Source: Octopus vulgaris
Taxonomy: Eukaryota
Direction: 5' to 3'
Assembly (NCBI GenBank): GCA_951406725.2
Contig: OX597821.1
Span: 64,108,001 to 64,172,000 of the forward strand
DNA: 64,000 nucleotides
A program made the translations under genes and the position numbers. Shown here piece after piece: positions 1-13,834 of this stretch (positions within the stretch are counted from its first letter, which is position 1; the number at the start of each line of letters is the position of its first letter). The notes under the pieces were generated by a model, which was given only the letters and a program-made list of their open reading frames with translations, ran no database searches and had not been told where the DNA came from.

Positions 1-890
<890 letters not shown>

Positions 891-1084
891 GCTGTTTTCC
901 AAAATAGAGGCGAACACCTTTCTCCATATGATCGGGTTGTAAAATTGTTAAGGCACTAGGATCTTTTCCTACATTTCTTAATATGAACTAACGGTACACT
1001 TACTTCACAAATAAAGAAATTATATCCACCAATGCAGTACTAAGCACTCATTTTTCTCGTCCGACATTTACACACACGCTTATA

Positions 1085-1293
1085 CAGGGTGGCCCCAAAG
1101 TAGGTTTACGGTTATTCAACTATCTCTTTCGCATTCATATATTAACAGTTTAGCTCTTAATTATAAAAAAATATATGAAACCATTATTCTAGTTTAGTTA
1201 ATTGTAAAACAGAAATTTAAATGTAATAAAATGTTTTAAAAGAAATTTAAAGTGCTTACATGATAACAGTAAACCTACTTTGGGGCCGCACTA
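1085..1293. mobile_element. Tc1/mariner-type MITE
   Basis: TIRs cagggtggccccaaagtaggtttacggtta / taacagtaaacctactttggggccgcact, flanked by TA. Confidence 0.8.
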
Positions 1294-1310
1294 TATATAT
1301 ATATATATAA

Positions 1311-1341
<31 letters not shown>

Positions 1342-1356
1342 AATACATACATATAA

Positions 1357-1402
<46 letters not shown>

Positions 1403-1406
<4 letters not shown>

Positions 1407-1580
1407 GGCACAAGGGCAGCAATTTGGGGCGCAGAGGTAAGTCGATAACATTGACCACCAGTACTTAGCTACTGCTTATTTCATCGACCCCAAAAGAATA
1501 AAAGGCAAAGTTGACCTCGGCGTTATTCGAACTCAGAACGTAAAAGCGGACGAAATGCCGCTAAGCATTTTGTCTGGTGT
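1403..1580 (-). mobile_element. SINE family C, diverged copy
   Basis: Reverse complement matches the ...gttctgagttcaaattccgccgaggtcgactttgcctttcatcctttcggggtcga... copies at 44916 and 48619. Confidence 0.8.
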
Positions 1581-1583
1581 ACC

Positions 1584-2053
1584 CCAGTAATGAACTCATT
1601 TGCATACAGCCAATCAGAGCTCACCTTGACCTTGTTGTCAAGTTAACAAACTCAAGACGAAAAAGGGTGTTGTAAGTCGACTGATCGCTAAGTTATGCCT
1701 GGTCTTAGAAGGAGACAAGTTATTAAATTGATTTGCATCTATACCTATAATCGGATTTTATTAGGGCCCCATATGGTTAAGATGTTGATGGGAAAAAATG
1801 TGGGTAGAGGGTGATGTTCTAGCAACCCTCTCTCCTTGCTGTTTTACAAAGTAAACAACAACACAAATAACTTCGCAGAGGCAGCCATGGTTGAAACAAG
1901 AACAAGAACAACAAGCATTATTAAAAGAATAAAGAATCATGGTCGTTCCTTACCCAAGTGACCCTGTCTTATTGCCTATCACTTGTTATGCGCTCATAAA
2001 TTAGATTGATAGTTGAGCTCTGGTTGGCTGTTTGCAAATGAGTTCAAAACTGG
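1584..2053. mobile_element. Putative MITE/foldback with ~40-bp inverted repeats
   Basis: tgaactcatttgcatacagccaatcagagctca (1591-1623) versus its reverse complement at 2014-2046, 2 mismatches. Confidence 0.6.
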
Positions 2054-2092
2054 TGTCCGGAACTCTCGTGCGAAAAAAAATTCGTGGATACC

Positions 2093-2147
<55 letters not shown>

Positions 2148-2567
2148 CACGCACGCACAACAGGCAAACTTACCGTCAACCAAATTCTATCCAAATATTA
2201 CCGATCGACTGTAGACTAATGAGAAAAACAAGCACATTCCTTTCCTCAAGGGCCGTTCTCTGCGCTCGAACTCGAAACCACGTAGTTGCGATAAATATAT
2301 CATAAGATATATAGGATGGTCTCGGATGGAACGCCTTGATTTTAGGTCTGCTCAATCAGGTCTGCTCAACGAAGGAATAACGAACTACAATTCCAACACC
2401 AGAATATCTGTCACTGATCATAATCGACGTTTTACCATTAGTCCTCGATTTAAGCATAATCTCATCCAGCTACAGGGACCAGGCCCTCACATGCCAAGCT
2501 TTATAAACCTCAGGGCCACACCAAATATAATTCCGATACTTTATTTTTTTTTTTTATTCTTCTACAG

Positions 2568-2909
2568 GTTTCAGTCATTTGACTGCAGCCATGCTGGAGC
2601 ACCGCCTTTAGTCGAGCGAATCGACCCTAGGACTTGTTCTTTGTAAGCCAAGTACTTATTCTATCGGTCTCTTTTGCCGAACCGCTTGTTATGGGGACAT
2701 AAACACAACGGCACCAGTTGTCAATCGATAGTGGGGGACAAACACAGACGCACAGACAGTTTCTGTCTACGAAATCTACCTACTCTCAAGGCTTTGGTCT
2801 GCCCGCGGCTTTAGTAGAAGACACTCGCCGAAGATGTCACGTAGTGAGACCGAACCCAGAACCATGTGGTTGGGAAGCAAGCGTGTTACAAACAGCCACT
2901 CCTGCGCCT
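2568..2909 (-). mobile_element. SINE family A (tRNA head, CORE-like ccttgggcaagt, internal microsatellite, LINE-like tail)
   Basis: Homologous to more than 12 copies in the window; head ggcgcaggagtggctg, tail ctccagcatgg...gactgaaac. Confidence 0.9.
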
Positions 2910-3004
2910 AACAGACATGATATTTTCTTTGATCGTGGTCAGTGGTGGCGTAATATTTGCAGCAGGTATACCATTAGAGATGTCTAAGCCGCATTATTGT
3001 CATA

Positions 3005-3386
3005 CTAGCAGTATCGCCCGGAGTTGCTCAGGTTTGTAAGGGAAATAACTATAAAGCATTTTTAGAGAGTTTTAGCCAAAAAATAGCAAAAAGATGGAAA
3101 AAAATGATGGTAAATTTTTTTTTTAGTTAAAAAAGGTGGAGTTGCGTCCCCTAGACAGTTTGCGGTTTGTGTTTCTAATTCTTGACCCCATGTCGAATTT
3201 ATTGATTTTTTCAGAACTGGGGGAACTTTTCAAAATTTTCGCTGTGTTAGTTTTGAATTATGACATTGGGCTATGTGTGTGTCAAGTTTCATCAGAATCG
3301 GTTGAAAGCCGTGGTCAGGGTGAGGGTACGAGAAAACAGACACACAGAAACACGCACAGACAAACTGCCGTTTATATAGAGAGAGA
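3005..3386 (-). mobile_element. Non-autonomous Helitron
   Basis: On the minus strand: 5' TC, 3' hairpin (cctgagcaactccggg) then CTAG, inserted between A and T; ends shared with the 16768 and 24897 elements. Confidence 0.8.
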
Positions 3387-3950
3387 TAAGTCATAAAAGC
3401 AAAACACTAACCCCACCCCAGAAAGTATATGCTGATTCTCGTCTGCTTGTGAGTTTTATTCTGTCACGGTACCCAAACATTATCGATCTCTTCTTCTAAA
3501 TGGTATTAAATGGCGCTAATATGTGTACACATTTAAGAAAGAGTATCAGATATGTTTGTTTGTATTATTTCATGAAAACGAAACAAAAAAAAGAGTCGAC
3601 GAAATACATTTGCAATATTATAAAAGTAAGATGAATAACACAGGCGCAGGCGTGGCTGTGTGGTAAGAAGCTTGCTTCCCATCAACATGGCTCCTGGTTT
3701 AGTCAACTAGAACCCTCGTCGTCGGAACCGACGGAGTGTCACGACAGTTTATATTATGCATAGATATGATGTAAAGTATAGAAGCCATCTTAGCATGGCT
3801 AACCACATAGGGGAGGGGGTGTTACTGTAGCTTTATAGCCCCAAGAGATCGTCGTCTCCAGCTGGCTTTAGATATGATATGTAGAATATATTATGTATAT
3901 GTCTTACATAATATATATCATAATAAAATGTATACATATATACATATATA

Positions 3951-3964
3951 TCATCATCATCATC

Positions 3965-3999
<35 letters not shown>

Positions 4000-4084
4000 T
4001 ATCATCATCATCATCACCATCATCATCGTCATCATCATCATCATCATCATCATCGTTTAACGTCCGCTTTCCATGCTAGCATGG

Positions 4085-4087
<3 letters not shown>
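3951..4087 (-). mobile_element. (CAT)n tract, probably the tail of a retroelement 3' end (catcgtttaacgtccgctttccatgctagcatgg)
   Basis: Trinucleotide tract abutting a short non-simple segment; the retroelement origin is inferred. Confidence 0.5.
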
Positions 4088-4133
<46 letters not shown>

Positions 4134-4196
4134 ATGTATATATATATATAGATATATGTGTGTATATATATGTATATATATGTATGTATATGTATA

Positions 4197-4232
<36 letters not shown>

Positions 4233-4358
4233 CATACATATATAGATGTATATGTATATATGTATATATATATATACATATATAGATGTATATATTTATA
4301 TGTATATATGAATGTATGTATATATATACATATAGATGTATATGTATATATATATGTG

Positions 4359-4389
<31 letters not shown>

Positions 4390-4478
4390 ATGTATATATA
4401 TATATATACGTATATATATATATGTATATATATATATCTGTGTGTATATGTGTATATATAAATGTATATATATATATG

Positions 4479-4511
<33 letters not shown>

Positions 4512-5594
4512 TTCAAATAAAATGTATATTAAGTATATATTATTTTTTTGATATATTTCAAATATATTTGCGTGTGTGTACATAAAATGTATTTTATTAT
4601 CACACGCATATTTGAGACAATTTTAAAATAATATATGTACATGTGTGTGTATATATCTTCGTGTGTTTCCGTGCATGTGTGCGTGTTAATGTATATCTGT
4701 AGCAATTTTTCTTTGATGCAAGAGAATTCTAATAGCTGAACATATTTCCAACAAAATGTACTTAATGTTGTTTCGTTGTTGTTTTTCTCAAATATTTTAT
4801 ATTTCGTGTCAAGTTAGAAGACATAAAATGTACTCAAATGTTTTGGGTGTATTACACACATTAGCTAAGTTTGCTGAGAACTTATGACAGATAATTTCAA
4901 TGTTAACAGAAAAAGCAAATAAAAAAAAATTACTTTGGCTGCAAGCCAATGTATGCAAAAATATCAGAGGTCAAAGCGACATCATGAAAGACCCGACTCT
5001 AGTATTGTGTATGGAAAACATCTCGGACTCTCAGAGCATGTGCAACTTGATAATGTATAGACAAAGGAGCATACAAATACAAATAGCCACTCGTAATTAA
5101 CATTCTCTCTTCTCTTTCGCAATCTCAGACGCACACTTGTATCGAACGGGCTGGTAGCCGATGACTATTCAAAGGCGTGAATCACTACTGCTTAACACGG
5201 GATCTTGTACCTGCTGCGTTTCCGACTTGGGCCGAATCGATTCCTTCTTAGACAACCTAGTCCTGAGAGCCCTCTCCAACACCGTATTGATGCCGATCAC
5301 TTTAGAAGACCGACTGCCAGAATTCCCATCCTCAATCCGCCAAACCAACCAGGCCACTGAATAGCTGAGTTACAGGGGCGTGCCACAACTCCCAGTTTTA
5401 TGAAAGATAATTGTAAAACCTGTAATTCTTTTCTGATGTAATGAAGGAAATGTACAAAAGTTCCCAACCAGAATAAGTTTTTTCTTATTCCATCATAAGA
5501 TTATGAATTAGGTTCTTCTCAAAACAATTACAATTATTGTCGATAATCACAATTATTGTCGATAATTCCAATATATATCACCATACTGGAACAC

Positions 5595-5815
5595 TGGTAC
5601 TCCGTCGGTTACGACGACAAGTATTCCAGTTGATCTGATGTACATGTGGTTGACCCCTCTACAGACACACGTAGTTTTGAGGGATATTCCGTATGACACT
5701 AAGTGTGACAAGATTGGCCGTTTGGATTACAGGTACTACTCATTTTTGCCAACTGAGTGGACTAAAGTAACTCATGTCCTTATGATTGCGGGCCGAATAC
5801 CTTGACCACTAATCC
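5595..5815 (-). mobile_element. SINE family B, diverged copy
   Basis: ccgtcggttacgacga...ttccagttgatc matches the tail of the 9166-9540 copy. Confidence 0.7.
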
Positions 5816-5829
5816 ACACACCTTCATAT

Positions 5830-6600
5830 TGGAATATCGTCATAATCATATGACATGTCTGCAGATGCTTCAATATAAAAAGGCTTGACAATGGGCACTC
5901 TGCCGAGTCATAACACATGCAAATGGAATTTTGTCCATAAGCGTTCGAAAACCTTTTTTTCACTGCGTGCATCAAAATCACATTCATCAATGAACATGGG
6001 GTCTTTTATGAGAGATACAAAAGAGAGTGTAATTTAGAATGAAGCCATTTAAAGCTGAATAGTTTCCCAGTTTTGCGGTAGCGTATCTAAATACTCTACG
6101 AGAAGTCATTGAACGTGACTGGTTGAGGCTGTTCTGAAACGTATAGCAAGTTGACTAGGAGCAATTATATAACCCTGTATTACACCACTACTGATTTTAA
6201 AAAGGGTTTCAGCATTCTCCACTAATTATAACTCATGCTCTTGTACCATTGCACATAACACATCACGATTCACTGAATCAAAGACCTTTGTGAAATCATT
6301 GAAGCGGAGACACAAGTCAAATCTCTGTTCAATACATTTCTGTCGTTGTTGACGGGCAGAAAATATCATTAGTTCTCGTTCACTGTGAAAACTGATTGAT
6401 ATTCTCAAAAGAGAGATATCCCTACATGTTGAAAGGGCCTATCCAAAAGTTATTCTGCTCAACATTTTTCCTACAGCACTGAGGAGAAAAATGCATCGAG
6501 GATTATTGCATATGATTTCAACTCGTTTTCTTTGCTGTATCTGTGCAGCAATGAATTTTTTTCAATTTTAAGGAACTATAGCGTCTTCCCACAATTTAGA
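5830..6600 (-). pseudogene. Decayed RTE-clade LINE reverse transcriptase fragment
   Basis: MIFSARQ..KCIEQ...FNDFTKVFDSVNR matches the RTE motif MIFxxRQxQEKCxEQ...FxDLxKAFDxVNR; LLSAVGKML lies upstream; frameshifts and stops present. Confidence 0.8.
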
Positions 6601-6736
6601 TATACGATTGAGCAAAAGATCCACTTTTTTCCGATCGTATTCCCACTTAGTCTCAGCCCCACATTCATATGGACATATATAATTTCATACGTACCCACGT
6701 ACATACACATATATACACATCCCCCTATTCAGAGAC

Positions 6737-6781
<45 letters not shown>

Positions 6782-6782
<1 letters not shown>

Positions 6783-7932
6783 TAGCATTAAATACCCGTC
6801 GTTGCCGAGTCATAGTGCTAGTGCATGTATATATGTGTATATATATGTGTACATATTACATGTACATCTATATATATACATCTACACATAAAATACAAAA
6901 TACAAAGTTGTATCTTGATATCGCTACTGATAACAATACTCAAAATATATAACAGACTGGAATTGTTAGCCGTCTCTTGTAATTTCGATCAATTGTATCT
7001 TGTCCTCCCTCTTGTATAGAAGTGTGGCTACAATCCAGCCTACCTTTACTTGGGGGGGGGGGCATTTCAAATTTTTTCCAGGACGTCCTACGTCCCAGAT
7101 ATATAGGTAAGAATAAAATATTTCCACTTTGCAAGTTCGAGTCGAGCACTCCCTTGCACGCTCCGTTGACTCGAACCTTGCTTCTATTGATTAGATATCT
7201 TTCATAGTCGCACCAAGACACTTTTCGAAGGTGCTTTCCTCCATGTGTTCATTTTCTCTACATTGTACACATTATAGACTATAGTCTTTTTTTTAATTTA
7301 ATTTTTTATTATCCATCTGGACTATTCCATTTCTGCACGCTAATTTTATTTTTAATTTATTCCCATTCATGTGAAACCACTTATTCAAGTTCAAATCATT
7401 GACGCAATTATATACCAATTGCTATTTTTACTTTTGTTATGTTACGATTATATTATACTTTAGTTTGATTTTAATTATTACTTACTACATATAATTCAAT
7501 TGTTATTATTATTTTTATTGTTAAAGTGAAAGTATCTGACATAAAATAGAGAAACGTTTTTGTTTCACTTTTAACACGTAATACTGAAATAGTGGAGAAG
7601 ATATGATATTGCTATGGGCTCGCTCTAGGCAAGAAGTTGAACATTTTCGTTGCCCATGACACTACATGGACCCTAAGTAAGGCATGTGTAAAATTTGAAT
7701 GGAATTGGTTGAGTAGTTCTCAAGTTTTAGGGAATCGTAGTGGAGAAGATATGATATTGCTGTGGGCTCGCCCTAGGCAAAAAGTCTAAATTTTTTTGCC
7801 GATGACACTTCCCGGACCCTAAGTAAGGCATGTGTAAAATTTGAATGAAGTTGGTTGTGTAGTTCTCAAGTTTTAGGGAAACACACAGACAGACAGACAG
7901 ACAGACACACATTCTCAGTTTTATATAAATAC

Positions 7933-7935
<3 letters not shown>
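6782..7935 (-). mobile_element. Non-autonomous Helitron with internal LINE-ORF1-like fragment and ~149-bp internal tandem duplication
   Basis: 3' ctcggcaacgacggg hairpin + CTAG|T; 5' A|TC followed by tataaaactgag...(tctg)n; duplicated units at about 7589-7728 and 7738-7878. Confidence 0.75.
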
Positions 7936-8001
<66 letters not shown>

Positions 8002-8085
8002 TTAGAGACAAAACCACTATTTTGCAAAACAAACAAGGAAAGACTTAATCAATACATAAAATTTTAATAAAAAGTCAAAAAACCG

Positions 8086-8128
8086 CCACTACAATTGTTT
8101 CTTGTCCTGATCGACAATCTTCAGGTGG
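8086..8128 (-). ncRNA. Minimal type I hammerhead ribozyme (Penelope pLTR type)
   Basis: Minus strand reads ccac CUGAAGA uuguc-gaucag-gacaa GAAA c-aauu-g UA gugg; all three stems pair and stem III is palindromic (ACAAUUGU). Confidence 0.8.
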
Positions 8129-8367
8129 ACTTCCAATCTAAAATATCAATATTTTAAAATATAAAAATAATAATTTTAAAATAATTAAAGTATTAATTTT
8201 GACTTTTTATTAAAATTTTATGTATTGATTAAGTCTTTCCTTGTTTGTTTTGCAAAATAGTTGTTTTGTCTCTAATAATATTATATAATATTTTACTATA
8301 AAATTGGATTTAATCCTAAATCTGATTTTTTCCCTGTAAATTTGGATTTATTCCCTAATATTTATTA

Positions 8368-8401
<34 letters not shown>

Positions 8402-8419
8402 TATATATATGTATATCTT

Positions 8420-8468
<49 letters not shown>

Positions 8469-8794
8469 ATTGAATTGTGGCACACGGTGCACCTGTACAA
8501 ATAATGTTGAATTGATGAAGAGAAAGTGAGCATATGTGGACATAAATATTTGATCGCTATGAACAAATCATCTGTATGGCTCTTCAGTAAGAGAATGCAA
8601 GACACTTTATTTCACGTTCCTCCAGTCCACTCACCTGGCAAAAATGAGAAGTAGCTATATTTTAAAGGGCCTGTCTTATCACACTGTGTCACGCTGAATC
8701 ACCCTGAAAACTATGTTAAAGGTACACGTGGCTATGGAGTGCTCAACTACGTGCACGTTAATTTCATGATCGGATCAACTGGAAGCCTTGCCAG

Positions 8795-8847
<53 letters not shown>

Positions 8848-9165
8848 GCCATTTCAACATGTTGAACCGTTAATCTCTACACATTTTTGTCTCTCCCCAT
8901 TCATTTTCCTCTCGATATTTTCTGTCGAACATCGTAGGTTTGAAACGTCAAACACTTCGCAATTCTCCCCGATCGTTAAACTACTTTATCTGCTAGTTTT
9001 GCTGTTTCTACACCTGTCTTCATCTTTTGTTTCCTGTAAATTGAGATGTGTATGCTCTTGTGTGTATACATGATCGTTTGTTTATGTGTATAAGTATGTA
9101 ATTTTAAACGTATACTTTAACATAAGTATGTTTCTATGTTGTTCTATGTTGTGTGTGTGTGTGGT

Positions 9166-9540
9166 GACGCAATGGCCCAGTGGTTAGGGCAGCGGACTCG
9201 CGGTCGTAGGATCGCGGTTTCGATTCCCAGACCGGGCGTTGTGAGTGTTTATTGAGTGAAAACACTTAAAGCTCCATGAGGCTCCGGCATGGGGTGGTGG
9301 CGAACCCTGCTCTACTCTCACCACAACTTTCTCTCACTCTTTCTCCCTGTTTCTGCTGTACCTGTATTTCAAAGGGCCAGCCTTGTCACACTCTGTGTCA
9401 CGCTGAATCTCCCTCAGAACTACGTTATGGGTTAACGTGCCTGTGGAGTGCTCAGCCATATGCATGTTAATTTCATGAGCAGGCTCTTCCGCTGATCGGA
9501 TCAACTGGAACCCTTGTCATCGTAACCGATGGACTGTCAC
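9166..9540 (+). mobile_element. SINE family B, full length (tRNA-derived head, possibly tRNA-Arg)
   Basis: A box tggcccagtgg, B box ggtttcgattccc; homologous copies at 10453, 25883, 41043 and 58235. Confidence 0.9.
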
Positions 9541-9584
9541 ATTATATATATGTATGTGTGTGTGCGTTTGTGTGTGTGTGTGTG

Positions 9585-9637
<53 letters not shown>

Positions 9638-10452
9638 ATGGGGAAGTGTTTGTGTTTGTGCAACCCACTGTACGAGCCAGTAAATTAACATTCGGCAAAA
9701 TAGAACGACAGGATAAATGCGTGTCTTCAAGATAATAGTGGAGTCGATTTGTTTGACTAAATCCTTGAAGACGGTGATCCAACATGGCCATACTCCAATG
9801 ATTGAAACAAGTTAAAAAATAATATATACTCGTATACAGGTCAACGTAATTTTCTTGTTGAGTCGGCGTATGCTTCTAAAGATCTGATATCATTTCAAAT
9901 TCATGTATGTACATGTATCTTTTTGCTCAATACTTCATTGAATACAAGTTCACTAAGTCACACACAGTATATTTTTCTTTCTTTCTCTTTGTTTTTCACT
10001 TTCTTTAACACATTTCTTCCTTTCTCTTTCACTCACACACTTTCACTCTTTCTTTCTCATTCTCTTTAATCTATATATTTCTTTCTCTATGTATCTATGT
10101 CCACTTAAAACCTTTGTTTATATATTTCTGTACCAGGTTTTTATCCAGCATAGGCGTGCAGAAAGATAAATATTATCTGTAGATGTCTTACTACAAAGAA
10201 GACAATTTCGTGAAGAAAAGGATATTTATTTGAAAAAGATAAACAAACAATGTAATGTGTAAATATGCGAATATATTAAATCTCATGCAAGGACGAGTCC
10301 CTGTTATATAAAGAAAAAAAAGTGCACATATAAACAAGGACATCAAGCTCGCACGTATACATACATACATACATACACAAATACATACATTAATACATAC
10401 ATGAACACATATATATTCATCTCTCCCTACATTCATACATGTACAGACACAT

Positions 10453-10847
10453 TGTGGCTCTCCGTCAGTTGCGACGAGGGTTCCAGTTGATCCGATCAAC
10501 GTAGCAGCCTGCTCCTGAAATTAACGTGTAAGTGGCAGAGCGCTCCACAGATACGTGTACCCCTTATGGTAGTTCTAGGGGAGATTCAGCGTGACACAGA
10601 GTGTGACAAGGCTGGCCCTTTGAAATACAGGTACAAGAAATACAGGTACAGAAACAGAAAGAAAGAGTGAGAGAAAGTTGTGGTGAAAGAGTACAGCAGG
10701 ATTCGCCATCCCTACCCTGCTGGAGTCTCGTGGAGTTTTAGGTGTTTTCGTTCAATAAATACTCACAATGCCTGGTCTGGAAATGGAAACCGCGATCCTA
10801 CGACCGCGAGTCCGCTGCCCTAACCACTGGACCATTGCAACTCCGCC
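10453..10847 (-). mobile_element. SINE family B, full length
   Basis: Reverse-complement homologue of 9166-9540. Confidence 0.9.
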
Positions 10848-11114
10848 ATGGATACATACATACATACATACATACATACATACATACATACATACATACA
10901 TACATACATACATGCATGCATTCCGTAAGTTTATCATTTAAATATTTGAGCATGTCTAGATATGCAACTATATGCATGAGAATACATCATAAAACAAAAC
11001 ATACAAATCTGTACATACATACATACCTACATACGTACGTACGTACGTACATACATACATGCATACATACATACATACATACATACATACATACATACAC
11101 ACATACATACAAAA

Positions 11115-11331
11115 ATACTTCTTCACAATGTTGTTGATGTTGAAATACCAATGAAGGAGCCTTGGATTTATGTCAGAAACCGGTTCTTTCTCTATTGGCA
11201 AGAAATCTTGAAATAAACTGAAAAATGGCATAGAAACATACATATATACATATATACAATGAAGAAGCCTCTAAGTAGAAATCGGCTGTCTCTTTTTGGC
11301 AAGAAATCTTGAAATAAAACTGAATAATGAC
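11115..11331 (+). repeat. Family D short repeat beside (ATAC)n, with two 3' ends in tandem
   Basis: ggcaagaaatcttgaaataaa(a)ctga occurs twice; inverted homologues at 28865 and 52155. Confidence 0.7.
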
Positions 11332-11341
11332 ACGCACGCAC

Positions 11342-11390
<49 letters not shown>

Positions 11391-11544
11391 TACGAACGTA
11401 CATTTATACATACATACAGTAGATACTAGTGTTTTCCATTTTTTCTCTCGTTGTTTGCATATTTAGCTCATTTGTCTTCGTATTTCACGTTGTTTACTGT
11501 TGGTGACGTCCTGTACACATATATGCATATATATATTTATATAT

Positions 11545-11755
11545 ATATAAGAATGTTTTGCGTAATGAGATAAAAAAAAGCAAAGCCGTGTAGATATTAG
11601 AACAGTTATAGATAGATTGTCTTACAGCTGTTTCCAAGATATTTATTAATTATATCCCTTCAACGAAGACGTTGTGAGAGGATAGTTATGTCATAGTTAG
11701 TTTAGATGTGATACAAAATAGAGAGCGAGGTGGAGGAAAGAAAATAGAGGCAAGT
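11545..11755 (-). mobile_element. Penelope-like pLTR remnant with degenerate hammerhead (11619-11670)
   Basis: Homologous to 63600-63795; contains gtct..ttgaagggatat..atatcttgGAAACAGCTGTAagac. Confidence 0.6.
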
Positions 11756-11940
11756 TGTGTAAGCGCTCACGTTATCATTGGTGGGAACGAAGTGAGAGCG
11801 ACTTTTGTGGAAGCGATTCCAATAAACAGGCATGTCGTTCCTTTTATACATGCATACATACATACATACATACATACATACATACATACATACATACATA
11901 CATACATACATACATACATACATACATACATACATACATA

Positions 11941-12150
11941 CGAGGCGGTGCTGAAAGGTTCCTGACTTTCGGTAAAGGAAAATACATGTGGATCAGTTAT
12001 GATTTCCTTCAACATATTCCCATCTCAAATTCACACACTTATCGCAGCGTTCCTGCTGTTTCTCTAAGCCCCGTAAAAGAACTCGGAAGGCTGGGACTCC
12101 TACAAGACCTTTTGCCACACCCTTAAAAGCCATGAGGTTTTTCAGTATCT
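11941..12150 (-). mobile_element. Mariner-derived MITE
   Basis: TA|cgaggcggtgctgaaaggttcctg TIR; inverted homologue at 60878-61090. Confidence 0.75.
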
Positions 12151-12178
12151 CAGCGAACGTACGTATTCATACACACAC

Positions 12179-12279
<101 letters not shown>

Positions 12280-12299
12280 TTAATTTAAATACGTGATAC

Positions 12300-12719
12300 T
12301 CTCTTACTCTTTTTACTCTTTTACTTGTTTCAGTCATTTTATTGTGGCCATGCTGGAGCACCGCCTTTAGTCGAGTAAATCTACCCCAGGACTTATTCTT
12401 TGTAAGCCTAGTACTTATTCTATCGGTGTATTTCACCGTACCGCTAAGTTACGGGGACGTAAACACACCAGCATCAGTTGTCAAGCGATGTTGGGGGGAC
12501 AAACGCAGACAGACAAACATATACACACACATACATATATATATATATATACATATATAACGACGGGCTTCTTTCAGTTTCCGTCTACGAAATCCGCTCA
12601 CAAGGCTTTGGTCGGCCTGAGGCTATAGTAGAAGACACCTGCCCGAGGTGCCACGCAGTGAGACTGAACCCGGAACCATGTGGTTGGTACGCAAGCTACT
12701 TACCACACAGCCACTCCAC
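12300..12719 (-). mobile_element. SINE family A, full length
   Basis: Head, core, microsatellite and tail all present. Confidence 0.9.
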
Positions 12720-13262
12720 TTACCATACAGTCGCAATATTTAAGGTAAAAAAGTTTAAAAGATGCTATTTAAAAAAAAGCATATTTAGAGAACGGAATGA
12801 CACCAACCATTGGGAAGAAGTTTTCGAATAGTGTGTATTTTGCGTGTTATCCTTCTACGTATCTTTTCATTTATCATAATATTTTCCCTTATCGTACTGG
12901 GGTTTAATCCCTTATATGTTACCATTTTATTTTTGTTTTATTTCATTTCTGCTCCGATTCAAACATCGTATATAAATTCCATTTCTTCTCACTTTGAACA
13001 ACAAGAGGAATAAATTTGTCATAGATAAACGCATCCCAAAACAAATGTAATAACCAACCTAACAATGACCGCGATATCATAAAATCTAACGATAAAGCTG
13101 ACCACTAGAGAAGGTTACGGATATCAGAATTCAATACACTATATTGATACTCTTTGACCTCGGTAGCTGACTATAAGGATGTGAGAGGTGACCTAATGCC
13201 TCTATAGACACAATGGTCACAGAATTATTTACTGTCTTTCTTCTTTTCCGTATTCTCTCTCC

Positions 13263-13322
<60 letters not shown>

Positions 13323-13834
13323 GAATTAGCTCGTATACGAGTAGGTATATATTTGTAAAAAATGAAGTTCGAAAATGCTGCTGTATTATACAATTTTTAA
13401 TTTTTATATATACATTATAACATGTTTCAGTTCCTGAAATGAACCTTATCAAAAAAAGTTATATATAAAAAGAGACAGCTCATGCCGTCAAACACAAGAA
13501 ATTCATTTATAATACACAACGGTGTCAGACATCTTAGAGTTCATGTATAGTTGATATATAGTTCATGTATAGTTGATATATAGTTTGAAGTATATGTTCA
13601 AAGTGTTCGATGCAGAGGCCCACGGTGGCGATACGTATTCAATACAAAAAAACAGATCAAAGTGGTGGAAAGCGGTCAATACAGAAGATTGATGTTTCCG
13701 AAAGAGCGAGGAATTCATTTTTACCTTAAGCAATTGTGATGACCCATGGTGGAAGTTCGCTGGGTGGTTCTAGTGAGTTTTTGTGAAATGCTCGGTTTTA
13801 TAATGCCTGTTAGGTGGTCAATCTAGCGTAGCGT

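Noticed and set aside
5129-5390. GC-richer segment after a pyrimidine tract and CAG
   Set aside because: All three frames from the acceptor stop within about 17 codons; no recognisable motif; possibly a decayed LINE.
9166-9240. tRNA-like sequence
   Set aside because: It continues into a SINE body and has many diverged copies, so it is a SINE head and not a tRNA gene.
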